Assembly: GCA_964482915.1 (NCBI GenBank)
Contig: CAYZYU010000002.1
Span: forward strand, 3,339-67,338
Reading direction: 5' to 3'
From: Candidatus Woesearchaeota archaeon
GTDB lineage: Archaea; Nanobdellota; Nanobdellia; Pacearchaeales; GW2011-AR1
Length of the DNA: 64,000 nt
A program made the translations under genes and the position numbers. Below the pieces are notes generated by a model, which was not told where the DNA came from, did not search any database, and saw only the letters and a program-made list of their open reading frames with translations. Below are positions 48,239-58,113 of this stretch, one piece after another. The first letter of the stretch is position 1; every line of letters starts with the position of its first letter.

Positions 48239-48634
48239 TTACTTCTTAGCCTTGTGTTTACTTCCTTTTGTAGCACCTATTCCTGCTTTACTATGGGCAA
48301 CTTTTGATCTAGTCCCTGCCATTTCACCTAATCTATGTCCAAGCATTTCAGGTTCTATAAGTATGGGAATAAAAGTCTTACCGTTGTGAATTTGTATATT
48401 CATACCAACCATTTGAGGAACAATTATTATATCTCTATGGTGTGTTCTGATTTTTTTACCCTTCTCTAATTTTGTTTTTGCTCTTTTTACAAAATCTTCT
48501 ATTGATTGAAAATTTCTAAGGACAGTTCTTTTTTGTCTTGAAGGAAGATACTTTGCGAATTCACGGACTTCTAACTCTTTTAGTTCTTCAACTGACTTTC
48601 CTCGATATATAAATTGTTTTTTTTGTATTTCCAT
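48239..48634 (-). CDS. rps19: 30S ribosomal protein uS19
   Basis: RTHHRD, EMLGHRLGE, GIGATKGS. Confidence 0.96.
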   Translation of the reverse strand: MEIQKKQFIYRGKSVEELKELEVREFAKYLPSRQKRTVLRNFQSIEDFVKRAKTKLEKGKKIRTHHRDIIIVPQMVGMNIQIHNGKTFIPILIEPEMLGHRLGEMAGTRSKVAHSKAGIGATKGSKHKAKK

Positions 48635-48644
48635 TTTAATCTGA

Positions 48645-49340
48645 TTACTTCATCTTACCTGTTCTTCTTGGCCTTATTAATCCTACCCTCTTTCCGGCAG
48701 GAGCATTTCTCTTTGCAATCTTGCTCTTGATATTCTTTCCTCTACCTGAACCGAAAGGATGATCAATCACATTCATTTTAAGAGCACTTGTTCTAGGCCA
48801 TAATTTATTTCTAGCTTTTTTAATATAATGATTCTTTCCTGCTTTTATAATTGGCTTTTCTAATCTTCCATGTCCTGCGACTTGCCCCACTATCGCCCTA
48901 CATTTGCCATTGAATGCTTTTTCTTTCTTTGAAGGAAGCATTAATAGTATTTTATCTCCAATTATTCTTGTTACTATAGCCACATTTCCCCCTGCTTTTA
49001 TGAATTTTCCACCATCTCCAGGACGAGCTTCAATACAATAAACTTCTGTTTTCACAGGTATCTTTTCTAAATGAAGAATGTTTCCTGGTTGCACTTCTTC
49101 ATTAAAAAATATTTTTTGTCCTTCCACCATTCCTTTAAATGCAGGAATATAGAATGAACCCCCATTATAAACAACTTTAGCTAATGGTGCAGAATGTGCA
49201 GGCGAATTCAAGAGTTTTACTACTTTCCCTTCTCCTTCAAGCACTTTCGGATATCTAATTTTATATACAAAAGCTGTAGGTTTCACTCTATAGGTTGAGC
49301 TTCCATGCCCTCGTGCCTGTTGAATAATTCTCTTTCCCAT
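48645..49340 (-). CDS. rpl2: 50S ribosomal protein uL2
   Basis: MGKRIIQQARG, MNVIDHPFG. Confidence 0.96.
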   Translation of the reverse strand: MGKRIIQQARGHGSSTYRVKPTAFVYKIRYPKVLEGEGKVVKLLNSPAHSAPLAKVVYNGGSFYIPAFKGMVEGQKIFFNEEVQPGNILHLEKIPVKTEVYCIEARPGDGGKFIKAGGNVAIVTRIIGDKILLMLPSKKEKAFNGKCRAIVGQVAGHGRLEKPIIKAGKNHYIKKARNKLWPRTSALKMNVIDHPFGSGRGKNIKSKIAKRNAPAGKRVGLIRPRRTGKMK

Positions 49341-49388
49341 GTTGTTTTTGTTTTATTCTACCATCGTAGGTTCTTTTTAAGAACCCCG

Positions 49389-49631
49389 TTACATTAGCCC
49401 CAATTTCGTTGCAATGTCTATTGCAAGATATTTTTTATTTAATTTAACATACGCTGTTTTATGGTTGTTTCTTACATTTGTTCTTATCTTTTCAACCTTA
49501 ACTTTGAATAACTCTTCAATTTCTTTCTTTATCTCAGGTTTTGTTGTTTTTTCATCTACTAAAAAAGTAAGGATATTTTCAGCTTCAACTTTCATTATTG
49601 CTTTTTCTGTTGCTATTGGTTTTAAGTTCAT
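49389..49631 (-). CDS. rpl23: 50S ribosomal protein uL23
   Basis: TEKA, AYVKL, IATKLG. Confidence 0.93.
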   Translation of the reverse strand: MNLKPIATEKAIMKVEAENILTFLVDEKTTKPEIKKEIEELFKVKVEKIRTNVRNNHKTAYVKLNKKYLAIDIATKLGLM

Positions 49632-50395
49632 TTTTTATTCTCCTTTGATTTTGTATTAAATCTGTTTTCTAATTCCTTAACTGCATTTTCGGTGTAGACT
49701 GCAACTCTTCCCAGCCCTCCATTTGCCAAATCCATAACACTTAATTCATTTGCATTTTTAACATCAAAAAATCCTGTCTTTAATTTTTCGTCTTTTCCTA
49801 GGACAAAGATCATCCCAGCATTAGACTTATATTTTCTTCCTCTTAATTTACCTTTTCCAGCCCTTATTGATTTTTCTTTTATTGAAATACTGTAGAGATT
49901 TCCTAAAATATTTTTTAATTCTTCAAGCATTTTCTTTGCTTTATGTTTTGTGAATTCAGAAGAGACAACAAATGGTGCCTTTTTATCTAATTTTTCTAAG
50001 GTTGAATATTTTTTAATAATATATTTTTCAGAAGCAGTTGCAGCAATTGATGAAAGGAATGCAATTTCTAATTCTTTCTTGTTTATCTTTAGATTTCTTG
50101 TGAATTGCGTTATCTTTGGAGGATGAGCTCTCATACCTCCTTTAGCCTGAGGTACTTCAGCAGCCTGCCAGTTGAATTGAGAACCTCTTCTTGAGAATAT
50201 TTTTCTTGGGACTCTAGATTGACCACGTCCATAACCACTTCTCCAGACATGTCTTGCATGAACAATTAATCCTTTCGCTGAATGCTGTTTTCCTCCAACA
50301 GGAGAATTTGAATATGGCTGCTGTTTCTTCTTTGTCTCAAGAACTTTTGCAACAACATCTTCTCTTATTGGTGATTCGAATATCTTTGATTTCAT
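49628..50395 (-). CDS. rpl4: 50S ribosomal protein uL4
   Basis: GRGQSRVPR, GGMRAHPP, RAGKGKLRGR. Confidence 0.95.
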   Translation of the reverse strand: MKSKIFESPIREDVVAKVLETKKKQQPYSNSPVGGKQHSAKGLIVHARHVWRSGYGRGQSRVPRKIFSRRGSQFNWQAAEVPQAKGGMRAHPPKITQFTRNLKINKKELEIAFLSSIAATASEKYIIKKYSTLEKLDKKAPFVVSSEFTKHKAKKMLEELKNILGNLYSISIKEKSIRAGKGKLRGRKYKSNAGMIFVLGKDEKLKTGFFDVKNANELSVMDLANGGLGRVAVYTENAVKELENRFNTKSKENKK

Positions 50396-51345
50396 TTTTT
50401 AACCTCCACAAATTCAAACACTTTTTTCTTCTGCATCTTGCTTGGTCTTAAAGGAGAAGTTAGAAGAATCTGCCTTTTTGCAGGTCCCTGAACACTTCCA
50501 TATAAAATTATATAATCTGTTTTTATATTTCCATAATTCTTTATATCTTTAAGCTGATTTTCAGCATCTTCTGCTTTTATTATTGTTAATATCTTTTGAT
50601 TATAATTTACTCTTGTGAACATCCCTAATTGCCCTGCCATAGGAACATGGAAAGTTACACGAGCAGGATGCCAAGGTCCAATACTACCAACTTTTCTAAC
50701 ACCCTTTTCAGACTTATGAAATCTTAGTGTTATACCAAATCTTTTCACAGGCCCTGCAAATCCTTTTCCTTTTGTTAACCCTCTTACATCAATTAATTCT
50801 CCATTTGCAAATACCTCGCTGATAAGCATCTCTTTATTAAGATGAGCTTTTATGAAATTTATTTTTTCGTCAAGTGTCCCAGTTAATCCAATTTCAGTCA
50901 AGTCAGGTGTCTTTTTTACATTTGTTTTTTTAACTTGAGAATAAGCAATTATTGACACATCTTCATATCCTTCCACCTTTAAGTTTTCTGCATGATTCTT
51001 CCCTTGTTTAGGTAATTTAAGAGTTTTTTTTAATTCTTTGTCAATGTGCTCAGCAAGAATGTCTTTAGCAACTTTACCATCTTTATAGAATCTTATTGAG
51101 AATATTTTCATTGGAGGGCATTCAAGCACTGTTGAAGGGATTATTATTTTCTTGTCCTTAGTCATAGAATTTGGAGTTAAATCCTTAACTTCAACAGAAA
51201 ACATTCCAGATTTATATCCAATAAATCCTTTAATATTTTTTCCAGAATTAATTGCCTTCCAGTTTACACTAGGCAAAAATTTACTGACCCTCTTTCTTGG
51301 CCAGAACTGCAGACTTCCTTTTCTCGGTGATTTTGGCGGTGCCAT
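50392..51345 (-). CDS. rpl3: 50S ribosomal protein uL3
   Basis: PRKGSLQFWPRKR, TKGKGFAGPVKRFG, GSIGPWHP. Confidence 0.97.
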   Translation of the reverse strand: MAPPKSPRKGSLQFWPRKRVSKFLPSVNWKAINSGKNIKGFIGYKSGMFSVEVKDLTPNSMTKDKKIIIPSTVLECPPMKIFSIRFYKDGKVAKDILAEHIDKELKKTLKLPKQGKNHAENLKVEGYEDVSIIAYSQVKKTNVKKTPDLTEIGLTGTLDEKINFIKAHLNKEMLISEVFANGELIDVRGLTKGKGFAGPVKRFGITLRFHKSEKGVRKVGSIGPWHPARVTFHVPMAGQLGMFTRVNYNQKILTIIKAEDAENQLKDIKNYGNIKTDYIILYGSVQGPAKRQILLTSPLRPSKMQKKKVFEFVEVKK

Positions 51346-51444
51346 TTCTTATGTTTGTTAATAGTGCGGATATCATTTTATCCTACCCTGGAATAATATT
51401 GTGAGAAAAAGAGGGTTTAAAAACCTTATTAATATGGGTTTTTG

Positions 51445-52419
51445 ATGGTTCCCAAAGTGCTTATTTATCATACCGCAGTATCTGATAAATCTACACTAGA
51501 TGACAAGGATGTGTTGGATGAAGCAGCTTTTGTTTCAGAAGTTTTAATTAACACTGGTTATGATGTTGAAACAAGAGAATATAATGCACTTAAGGTTAAA
51601 CAGACTCTTGAAGAAATAAAGCCTTCTTTCATATTTAATCTTGTTGAGGCAATTAATGGCAAGGATTCCAGTGCTTACATTGCTCCAATGTCTTTTGAGA
51701 GACAAGGAATACCTTACACAGGATGCACTTTTAATTCTTTTCTTAAGACCCAAACAAAATTAGGTGCAAAGGAAATTATGAAATTAAAAGAAATTCCGAC
51801 TCCATACTGGCTTACCATAAAAGATTTAGGAAGAATGGACATCCCAAGAAAGAAATTCTTAATAAAATCTGATATAAATCATGCTTCTAAAGGTCTTGAG
51901 GCAAATCTCTTAGATGGAATAGATAAACTAAGAGATATTTTAAGGTATAAAGGAGAAGATTTCTTTGCCGAAGAGTATATTGAAGGAAGAGAGTTTAATG
52001 TTTCTCTCATTGGCCCTGTAGGAGATGGGAAAATTCTTCCAATTCCAGAGATAAAATTCGTTGACTGGCCAAATGGGAAACCTAAGATTGTAGATTATAA
52101 TGCAAAATGGAATGAAGGCTCTTTAGAATATAACAACACCTCAAGAAGTTTTGATCTTTCAGAAAGAGATAGTAAATTGTTTGAGAGTCTTGAAGATATC
52201 TCCAAAAAATGTTGGGATATCTTTAATTTAAGAGGATATGCTAGAGTTGATTTCAGAGTAGATGAAAATAATCAACCTTATGTCTTGGAGATAAATGCCA
52301 ATCCATGCATTTCTCCTGATGCAGGGTTTGTTGCAGCCTGCAAAAAAGCAGGTATGACAGAAGAAGAAATAATAAGAGGGATTATAAAAGATAGTTGTGG
52401 TGAAGAATTTGTAATTTAA
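51445..52419 (+). CDS. D-Ala-D-Ala ligase-like ATP-grasp enzyme
   Basis: FNLVE, EEYIEGREF, GYARVDFR, LEINANP. Confidence 0.85.
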   Translation: MVPKVLIYHTAVSDKSTLDDKDVLDEAAFVSEVLINTGYDVETREYNALKVKQTLEEIKPSFIFNLVEAINGKDSSAYIAPMSFERQGIPYTGCTFNSFLKTQTKLGAKEIMKLKEIPTPYWLTIKDLGRMDIPRKKFLIKSDINHASKGLEANLLDGIDKLRDILRYKGEDFFAEEYIEGREFNVSLIGPVGDGKILPIPEIKFVDWPNGKPKIVDYNAKWNEGSLEYNNTSRSFDLSERDSKLFESLEDISKKCWDIFNLRGYARVDFRVDENNQPYVLEINANPCISPDAGFVAACKKAGMTEEEIIRGIIKDSCGEEFVI

Positions 52420-53123
52420 GCACTGAAGTCTATCGCTTTTTCAATCTTTTTTCCATCGATTTCAATTTTTCTAAGGATCTTTCCAACTCTCTTAGATTTT
52501 TCTCTTATTAATGCAAAATCCTGTGAATTTTTAAGTTCAGCGGGCACTTCTATATTACTAATTAAAAAATCATGGACTACTTTTGCAGCCTTAAATTCAG
52601 GAGTTTCAAATATGAAACTCTCAGCAAGTTTCTTATCAGTTGTCTTTAAATTACAAAAATCTATTTTTGGAGTTTCTTCTCCTTTTGTTCCAGGTTTTCC
52701 AGACTTAGGCGCTTTAGGTTTTATCTTCAATATCTCCTCTCCAACTGAGAAACTTAATGCAAAAAAGTTCTTTGGAAATTTATTTATTAAATCAATTATT
52801 TCTTTTCCAGACATTTCCTTTTCAATAGAATAATTCTTAACTCCTTGGAACTGAGAAATCTTTTTGAAATCCAAAATACCTTTAAGATCATTTGTCCCAA
52901 TTATTGAACCAGTAACTTGAGTCTTGTTGTTTCCTAATTTTTCAGCTAAATCTCTTACAAGCTCATTAGCAAATTCAGCAGAGGTCTTTATAGTATAATT
53001 TCCATTTGAGTTTTTAGCTTCAATAAGTGCTCTGTTCTTGAATTCTCCTTTTGAAAATTTCTGAAATTGTAAGTGTACCGACTCGTCAAAATTCTTATCT
53101 TGCACCTTTTTTATAAAATTCAT
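52416..53123 (-). CDS. Hypothetical protein
   Basis: 235-aa ORF with TATA box about 23 nt upstream. Confidence 0.75.
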   Translation of the reverse strand: MNFIKKVQDKNFDESVHLQFQKFSKGEFKNRALIEAKNSNGNYTIKTSAEFANELVRDLAEKLGNNKTQVTGSIIGTNDLKGILDFKKISQFQGVKNYSIEKEMSGKEIIDLINKFPKNFFALSFSVGEEILKIKPKAPKSGKPGTKGEETPKIDFCNLKTTDKKLAESFIFETPEFKAAKVVHDFLISNIEVPAELKNSQDFALIREKSKRVGKILRKIEIDGKKIEKAIDFSA

Positions 53124-53263
53124 ATCTATCTTTCTTAAAACTAGTTTATAAACTTTTTCTGGTACTTGATTAGGGAATCACGTTTTATATTCATTAAATT
53201 TATAAATTAGATACGTTTGTCTTTATAAAGGAAAATTAATGAAAATATAGGAAAATCAAGAAT

Positions 53264-54313
53264 ATGGACGCTGAATACACAAAAAAAATAATGACTGCTT
53301 TAATTTTAGCTGTCCTTTTGGTATTATCTTTTTTATTAATTAGACCAATAATTATGTCCATAATTATTGGAGTTATCTTGGCGTTTATCTTTACACCAGT
53401 ACATGATTTTCTATTGAAGTATATTAAAAAAAAGAATTTAACAGCATTCTTATTGTGCTTGATTTTAATAGGAATAATTGTTGTACCTCTTTGGTATCTT
53501 ACTCCAATAGCAATAGATCAGTCAATAAAATTCTATGTACAATCACAAGATTTGGATTTTGTTACTCCCTTGAAGACAATTTTTCCATCTTTTTTTCAAT
53601 CTGAACAATTTTCAAATGAGATAGGACAAGCTTTACATTCTTTTGTAACAAAAACAACTAACTCTCTTATGAACTCTTTATCAAATGTAATCCTCAATTT
53701 TCCAACTTTGTTCTTGAAACTCTTAGTTGTATTTTTCACTTTCTTTTTTGTATTGAGAGATAAAGAAGATATGGCTGAGTATATTAAGAGCCTTCTTCCT
53801 TTCACAAAGGATGTTGAAAAAAGATTGTTCAAATCTTCTAAGGACTTAACATTATCAATACTTTATGGACAGGTTCTTTTAGGGATTCTACAGGGAATAA
53901 CTGCAGGAATTGGATTTTTCATATTCGGAGTTCCAAATGCTCTTTTATTGACACTTCTTGCAGCAGTTGCAGGAATTTTCCCTATTGTAGGAACAACCAT
54001 TGTTTGGATTCCTGTTGCAATATATATGCTTGTAGCAGGAAATACTGTAAATGCTTTAGGGGTGGTAATGTTCGGGTTAATATCTTCAGTTATTGAAGCA
54101 TTCTTCAAACCTATCTTTATATCTAGAAGATCAAAGATGAATTCTTCACTAATACTTTTCGGCATGGTCGGAGGCATATTATTATTCGGTTTATTAGGAA
54201 TAATTTTAGGCCCTTTAATATTAGCCTATCTTTTCATAGTTATTGAAGCATTCAGAAATAAAAAACTACCTGATGTGGTAATTAGTTCTCCTGAGAAATC
54301 AGAAAAAGAATAA
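53264..54313 (+). CDS. AI-2E family transporter
   Basis: Multi-TM; FGLLGIILGP motif. Confidence 0.88.
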   Translation: MDAEYTKKIMTALILAVLLVLSFLLIRPIIMSIIIGVILAFIFTPVHDFLLKYIKKKNLTAFLLCLILIGIIVVPLWYLTPIAIDQSIKFYVQSQDLDFVTPLKTIFPSFFQSEQFSNEIGQALHSFVTKTTNSLMNSLSNVILNFPTLFLKLLVVFFTFFFVLRDKEDMAEYIKSLLPFTKDVEKRLFKSSKDLTLSILYGQVLLGILQGITAGIGFFIFGVPNALLLTLLAAVAGIFPIVGTTIVWIPVAIYMLVAGNTVNALGVVMFGLISSVIEAFFKPIFISRRSKMNSSLILFGMVGGILLFGLLGIILGPLILAYLFIVIEAFRNKKLPDVVISSPEKSEKE

Positions 54314-54360
54314 GTATAAAAATCAATTTTTAGATTATATAATTAAAAGAGTTAAAAAAG

Positions 54361-55848
54361 ATGGAATTAAAGGTTCGTTTATTACATTTGTCTGCAGGGA
54401 TTCCCGTAGCTATGGTTGGTCTTAAGACAGCAGAGTTAATGGGTATCCATGAGAATGATAGAGTTTCTATAGAGAAAATATCTTCAAGAAAAGACGGTAA
54501 TTTTTCAACAATAGTTGATATAGTAGATAAGATTGTAAAAGAAGGGGAAATAGGAATATCCTCAGAGATAAAAGAATCTTTTGATCTTTATGATAAGCAG
54601 TTAGTGGATGTTAATATTGCAAATCCTCCTAAAAGTTTAGAATATATAAGAAAAAAGGTTGATAAAAAAATACTTTCAAAACAAGAGATTAAAGAAATAA
54701 TAAAAGACATTGTAAATAATTCCCTTTCAGACCCAGAAATAGCTCTCTTTGTTTCCGGTATGTATGAAAATGGTATGAATTTTCAGGAGACAATTGATTT
54801 AATAGAATCTTTTGTTGAATCTGGAGAAAAATTATCTTTTAAAGGTAAATATATAGTAGATAAACACTGTATTGGAGGAATCCCTGGAAATAGGACCACT
54901 CCATTAGTTGTAGCAATATGTGCTGCAGCAGGACTCACGTTTCCTAAATCCTCTTCAAGAGCCATAACAAGTGCTGCAGGAACAGCAGATGTTATAAATG
55001 CAATAGCAAAAGTTGAATTTTCTAAAGAGGAGCTGAAAAAAATAATTGAGAAAACTGGCGCATTCATGATTTGGGGAGGAGCGATAGAATTTGTTCCAGC
55101 AGATTCAAAGATAATTAGGATCGAAAAGATGCTTAAAATAGATCCTAAAGCACAATTGCTGGCTTCAATACTTTCTAAGAAACTTGCTGTAGGAAGTAAA
55201 TATATCCTTATAGATATCCCTTATGGGAAAAATGCTAAAGTTAATAAAAAAGAAGGATTGAAATTAAAGAAATCTTTTGAAAAATATGGTAAACATTTCA
55301 AATTAAGACTCAAAGCAGTTTTAACAAGAGGAGACGAGCCCATAGGAAATGGTGTTGGTCCATTCTTAGAATTAGAAGATATAATTAGGGTTCTGGATCC
55401 TTCTAAAAAAGGTCCTGAAGATTTAAGGGAGAAATCTATTTTTTTAGCAGGACAAATTTTAGAGATGACAGGTAAGGCAAAGAAAGGAAAAGGAGAGAAG
55501 ATGGCCACAGAGATCCTTGACTCCGGAAAAGCATTTAAGAAATTCGAGCAGATAATTAAGGCCCAGAAAGGAAATATAAAGAACATGGAATTTGGAAAAT
55601 TTAGAAAAGATATTCTTGCAAACTCAAATTCTAAAATACTAGAGATAAATAATATAAAAATAAACCTCATGGCAAGGGTTGCAGGATGTCCAATTGACAA
55701 ATCTTCAGGTTTATACCTTTATCATCATGTTGGGAAGATATTAAAGAAAGGAGATAAAATTATTACAGTCTATGCAGAGTCCAAACCTAGGTTGAATGAA
55801 TCCCTAAAATATTATCTTAAGGAAAAACCAATAAAGTTTTCTAAATGA
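54361..55848 (+). CDS. deoA: AMP phosphorylase (thymidine phosphorylase family)
   Basis: DKHCIGGIPGNRTT, KSSSRAITSAAGTAD, PIGNGVGP. Confidence 0.93.
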   Translation: MELKVRLLHLSAGIPVAMVGLKTAELMGIHENDRVSIEKISSRKDGNFSTIVDIVDKIVKEGEIGISSEIKESFDLYDKQLVDVNIANPPKSLEYIRKKVDKKILSKQEIKEIIKDIVNNSLSDPEIALFVSGMYENGMNFQETIDLIESFVESGEKLSFKGKYIVDKHCIGGIPGNRTTPLVVAICAAAGLTFPKSSSRAITSAAGTADVINAIAKVEFSKEELKKIIEKTGAFMIWGGAIEFVPADSKIIRIEKMLKIDPKAQLLASILSKKLAVGSKYILIDIPYGKNAKVNKKEGLKLKKSFEKYGKHFKLRLKAVLTRGDEPIGNGVGPFLELEDIIRVLDPSKKGPEDLREKSIFLAGQILEMTGKAKKGKGEKMATEILDSGKAFKKFEQIIKAQKGNIKNMEFGKFRKDILANSNSKILEINNIKINLMARVAGCPIDKSSGLYLYHHVGKILKKGDKIITVYAESKPRLNESLKYYLKEKPIKFSK

Positions 55849-55882
55849 CAATTTTTTTAAACTTCATTTATCTCGATTTCAT

Positions 55883-56158
55883 ATGAGAACTGAAGAATAC
55901 AAAAATAGATTGACAGAATACTTCAAGAAAAATCTGAAAAAAGGATATACTGAAGAATCTCTTAAGTGGGCGTTGATTAATCAGGGATATTCAAGAACAA
56001 TGATAGATTCTGCTTTGGAGAGAACACATAAAGAACTAGCAGAAGAAGCTCCAGTGCTTAAGGAAAAGCCAACTATAAAATATGAAGTTCTTGATGAGAA
56101 CGATAAGCCTGTTGAAATAAAAAGGCCCTGGTGGAAGCGAATATTTGGATTGAATTAA
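55883..56158 (+). CDS. Hypothetical protein
   Basis: 91-aa ORF; KKGY..LKWAL..QGY helical motif; C-terminal PWWKRIFG. Confidence 0.75.
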   Translation: MRTEEYKNRLTEYFKKNLKKGYTEESLKWALINQGYSRTMIDSALERTHKELAEEAPVLKEKPTIKYEVLDENDKPVEIKRPWWKRIFGLN

Positions 56159-56280
56159 GTTTCTTAATTTTAATTTAATATAGTGCTACCTTAACAAATT
56201 TGAGTTAGAGATAATGATTCTATCCAAAACCAAATACTTTTAAATTAATTATTTCTGTTAATCTTAGTAGATTAGATAAT

Positions 56281-56360
56281 GCCTCCGGCGCATAACGGTT
56301 TTGCACTTGCCTTGAGAGCAAGGCCCTTTGGGCTACCCGGTTCGACTCCGGGCGGGGGCG
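56281..56360 (+). tRNA. tRNA-Ser (TGA), atypical G8
   Basis: Acceptor GCCTCCG/CGGGGGC, G73, CTTGC-CTTGAGA-GCAAG, variable stem GCCC/GGGC, TTCGACT. Confidence 0.88.
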
Positions 56361-56367
56361 TTTAATC

Positions 56368-57174
56368 TTACTTCCTATTTTTATTAAATTCAATAATATC
56401 CTTTTTAGAATGAATATGAATTTCTCTCTTTGCACTTACATAACCATTCAAGACCCCTTTCTTAGCGAGTAATGGGAAAACATCCCTTTCTAAACTCTTT
56501 CCCTGATATTGTAATAATTCTGGTTCACAGACAAAAATTGGCGAAAAAACAAGATAAGTGTCTTTTGTTTTAGGCTTTTGGATAAAATTCACAACTTTAT
56601 CTTCTTCCATAAATACTTCTCCTTTTTCAGAAGGTTCTCCATAAGTAATTAAATTCAGAGTAGAAATAGGGATTTTTTTAATATGGTTATACCATAATTT
56701 ATCAAGATTTATATCATCAAAAATTATGTCCCCAAATAATACTAAAAAACTTGTTTTAATCTTATTTTTTAAAAGTCCAAGTGATTCTGCAGATCCTTCT
56801 GCAGAAATTTCTTCAACAAATTCTATTTTTATTCCGTAATCCTCGCCATTTTTTACTATTGAAAAGACTTCTTTAATCAGATTCTTTCTTCCAATAATGT
56901 AAATTTTTCTAAAATTATACTCTCTTAATTTCTTAATCTGTATCTCTATTAATCTGTTATCCTTTATTTTTATTGAAGGGACATATTCTTTTCCTATTTT
57001 TAATCTCTCTTCAGGGCCTCCCAGTAAAATCACTGCAACTTTTTCCTTGTCAAATGAAGTCTTTAAAAGAGATTCTATTGCTTGGGACCTATTTCTTATG
57101 AATATTCTATCTATTGTAGAATCAATATTTTTCAGTATTGATTTTTCAACAGTAATTGATATTTTCTCCTTCAT
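56368..57174 (-). CDS. Ribbon-helix-helix domain fused to a sugar-phosphate nucleotidyltransferase-like domain
   Basis: KISITV..LKNID..NRSQAIE N-terminus; FLVLFGD, FIQKP, SLERDVFP. Confidence 0.8.
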   Translation of the reverse strand: MKEKISITVEKSILKNIDSTIDRIFIRNRSQAIESLLKTSFDKEKVAVILLGGPEERLKIGKEYVPSIKIKDNRLIEIQIKKLREYNFRKIYIIGRKNLIKEVFSIVKNGEDYGIKIEFVEEISAEGSAESLGLLKNKIKTSFLVLFGDIIFDDINLDKLWYNHIKKIPISTLNLITYGEPSEKGEVFMEEDKVVNFIQKPKTKDTYLVFSPIFVCEPELLQYQGKSLERDVFPLLAKKGVLNGYVSAKREIHIHSKKDIIEFNKNRK

Positions 57175-57263
57175 AAAATAATTAATATTTCATCTTTCTT
57201 AAATTTATCGGAAAAAGTAGGATAAAGGTAAGATATTTAATAAAAACACTTTAATCAAATGTC

Positions 57264-58091
57264 ATGGAAAAATCCAAGTTTGGAAAAGAGACTACTTATT
57301 TATGGAGAGGTAATTTGAGTCAAGAGCAGGTTTCATTGATTCCAGTGTCCTCAACACTTGTTATTAATGATGAAGAGAAGATTAAATTAAAAGAAGATTT
57401 TAAGCAGGCAAAAGCAAAGAATCCTAATTTTTTCAATGGTCCTTTATGGAGATTAGAGGGGCATAATCTAGTGAGGGGAGGTGTAGAATTTTTAGTGAGC
57501 CCAACATATTATCTTGAACACAATATCAAGAGAAATCAAGTCCTACCCTTTAATTATAATACAAGAATTAATTCTAATTATGTTAATCCTTTTAGCATAA
57601 ATGCAATACAGGAAACTAGCGATAATTATCTACTAATTGGTGTTAAAGGAGTAAAATCTGACCAAATAGGGTTGGGGGTTATGGGGGCAGGATTTATCAA
57701 ACGGAAGGACGGGTTTCCTCCAGAAAATTTATTTGGAGCAGTATTAAGAGAGTGTCAGGAAGAAACAAGTTATTCTCCTGGAACTGAATTAAATGAAGGT
57801 TCTATTGAGGATTGGAAAGCTTTAGGGGCTATCTGGGGAAGTAATCATGATACGACAGTAGGGGTTTATGTTCCATTAAAAGCAACATCTAAACAGGTTG
57901 ATTTAGGAAATCAAGAACATTCTGATTTATGGTTCTTAAAAACAGACAAAAATTCATTAGAGAAATTTCTTAATGAAGGGGGGATGAACGGAGCTAATGC
58001 AGTTGATCATCTTTTAGGAGGTGTTGAATTGTACTTAGAATCAAAATGTAATGGATTATTAAAAAATCCTTATTCTCAAAAGGTTTTTTAA
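57264..58091 (+). CDS. NUDIX-fold protein (NUDT22-like)
   Basis: FFNGP, T.DNYLLIG, LRECQEET. Confidence 0.6.
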   Translation: MEKSKFGKETTYLWRGNLSQEQVSLIPVSSTLVINDEEKIKLKEDFKQAKAKNPNFFNGPLWRLEGHNLVRGGVEFLVSPTYYLEHNIKRNQVLPFNYNTRINSNYVNPFSINAIQETSDNYLLIGVKGVKSDQIGLGVMGAGFIKRKDGFPPENLFGAVLRECQEETSYSPGTELNEGSIEDWKALGAIWGSNHDTTVGVYVPLKATSKQVDLGNQEHSDLWFLKTDKNSLEKFLNEGGMNGANAVDHLLGGVELYLESKCNGLLKNPYSQKVF

Positions 58092-58113
58092 TCTATAAGT
58101 TGTATTATATATA

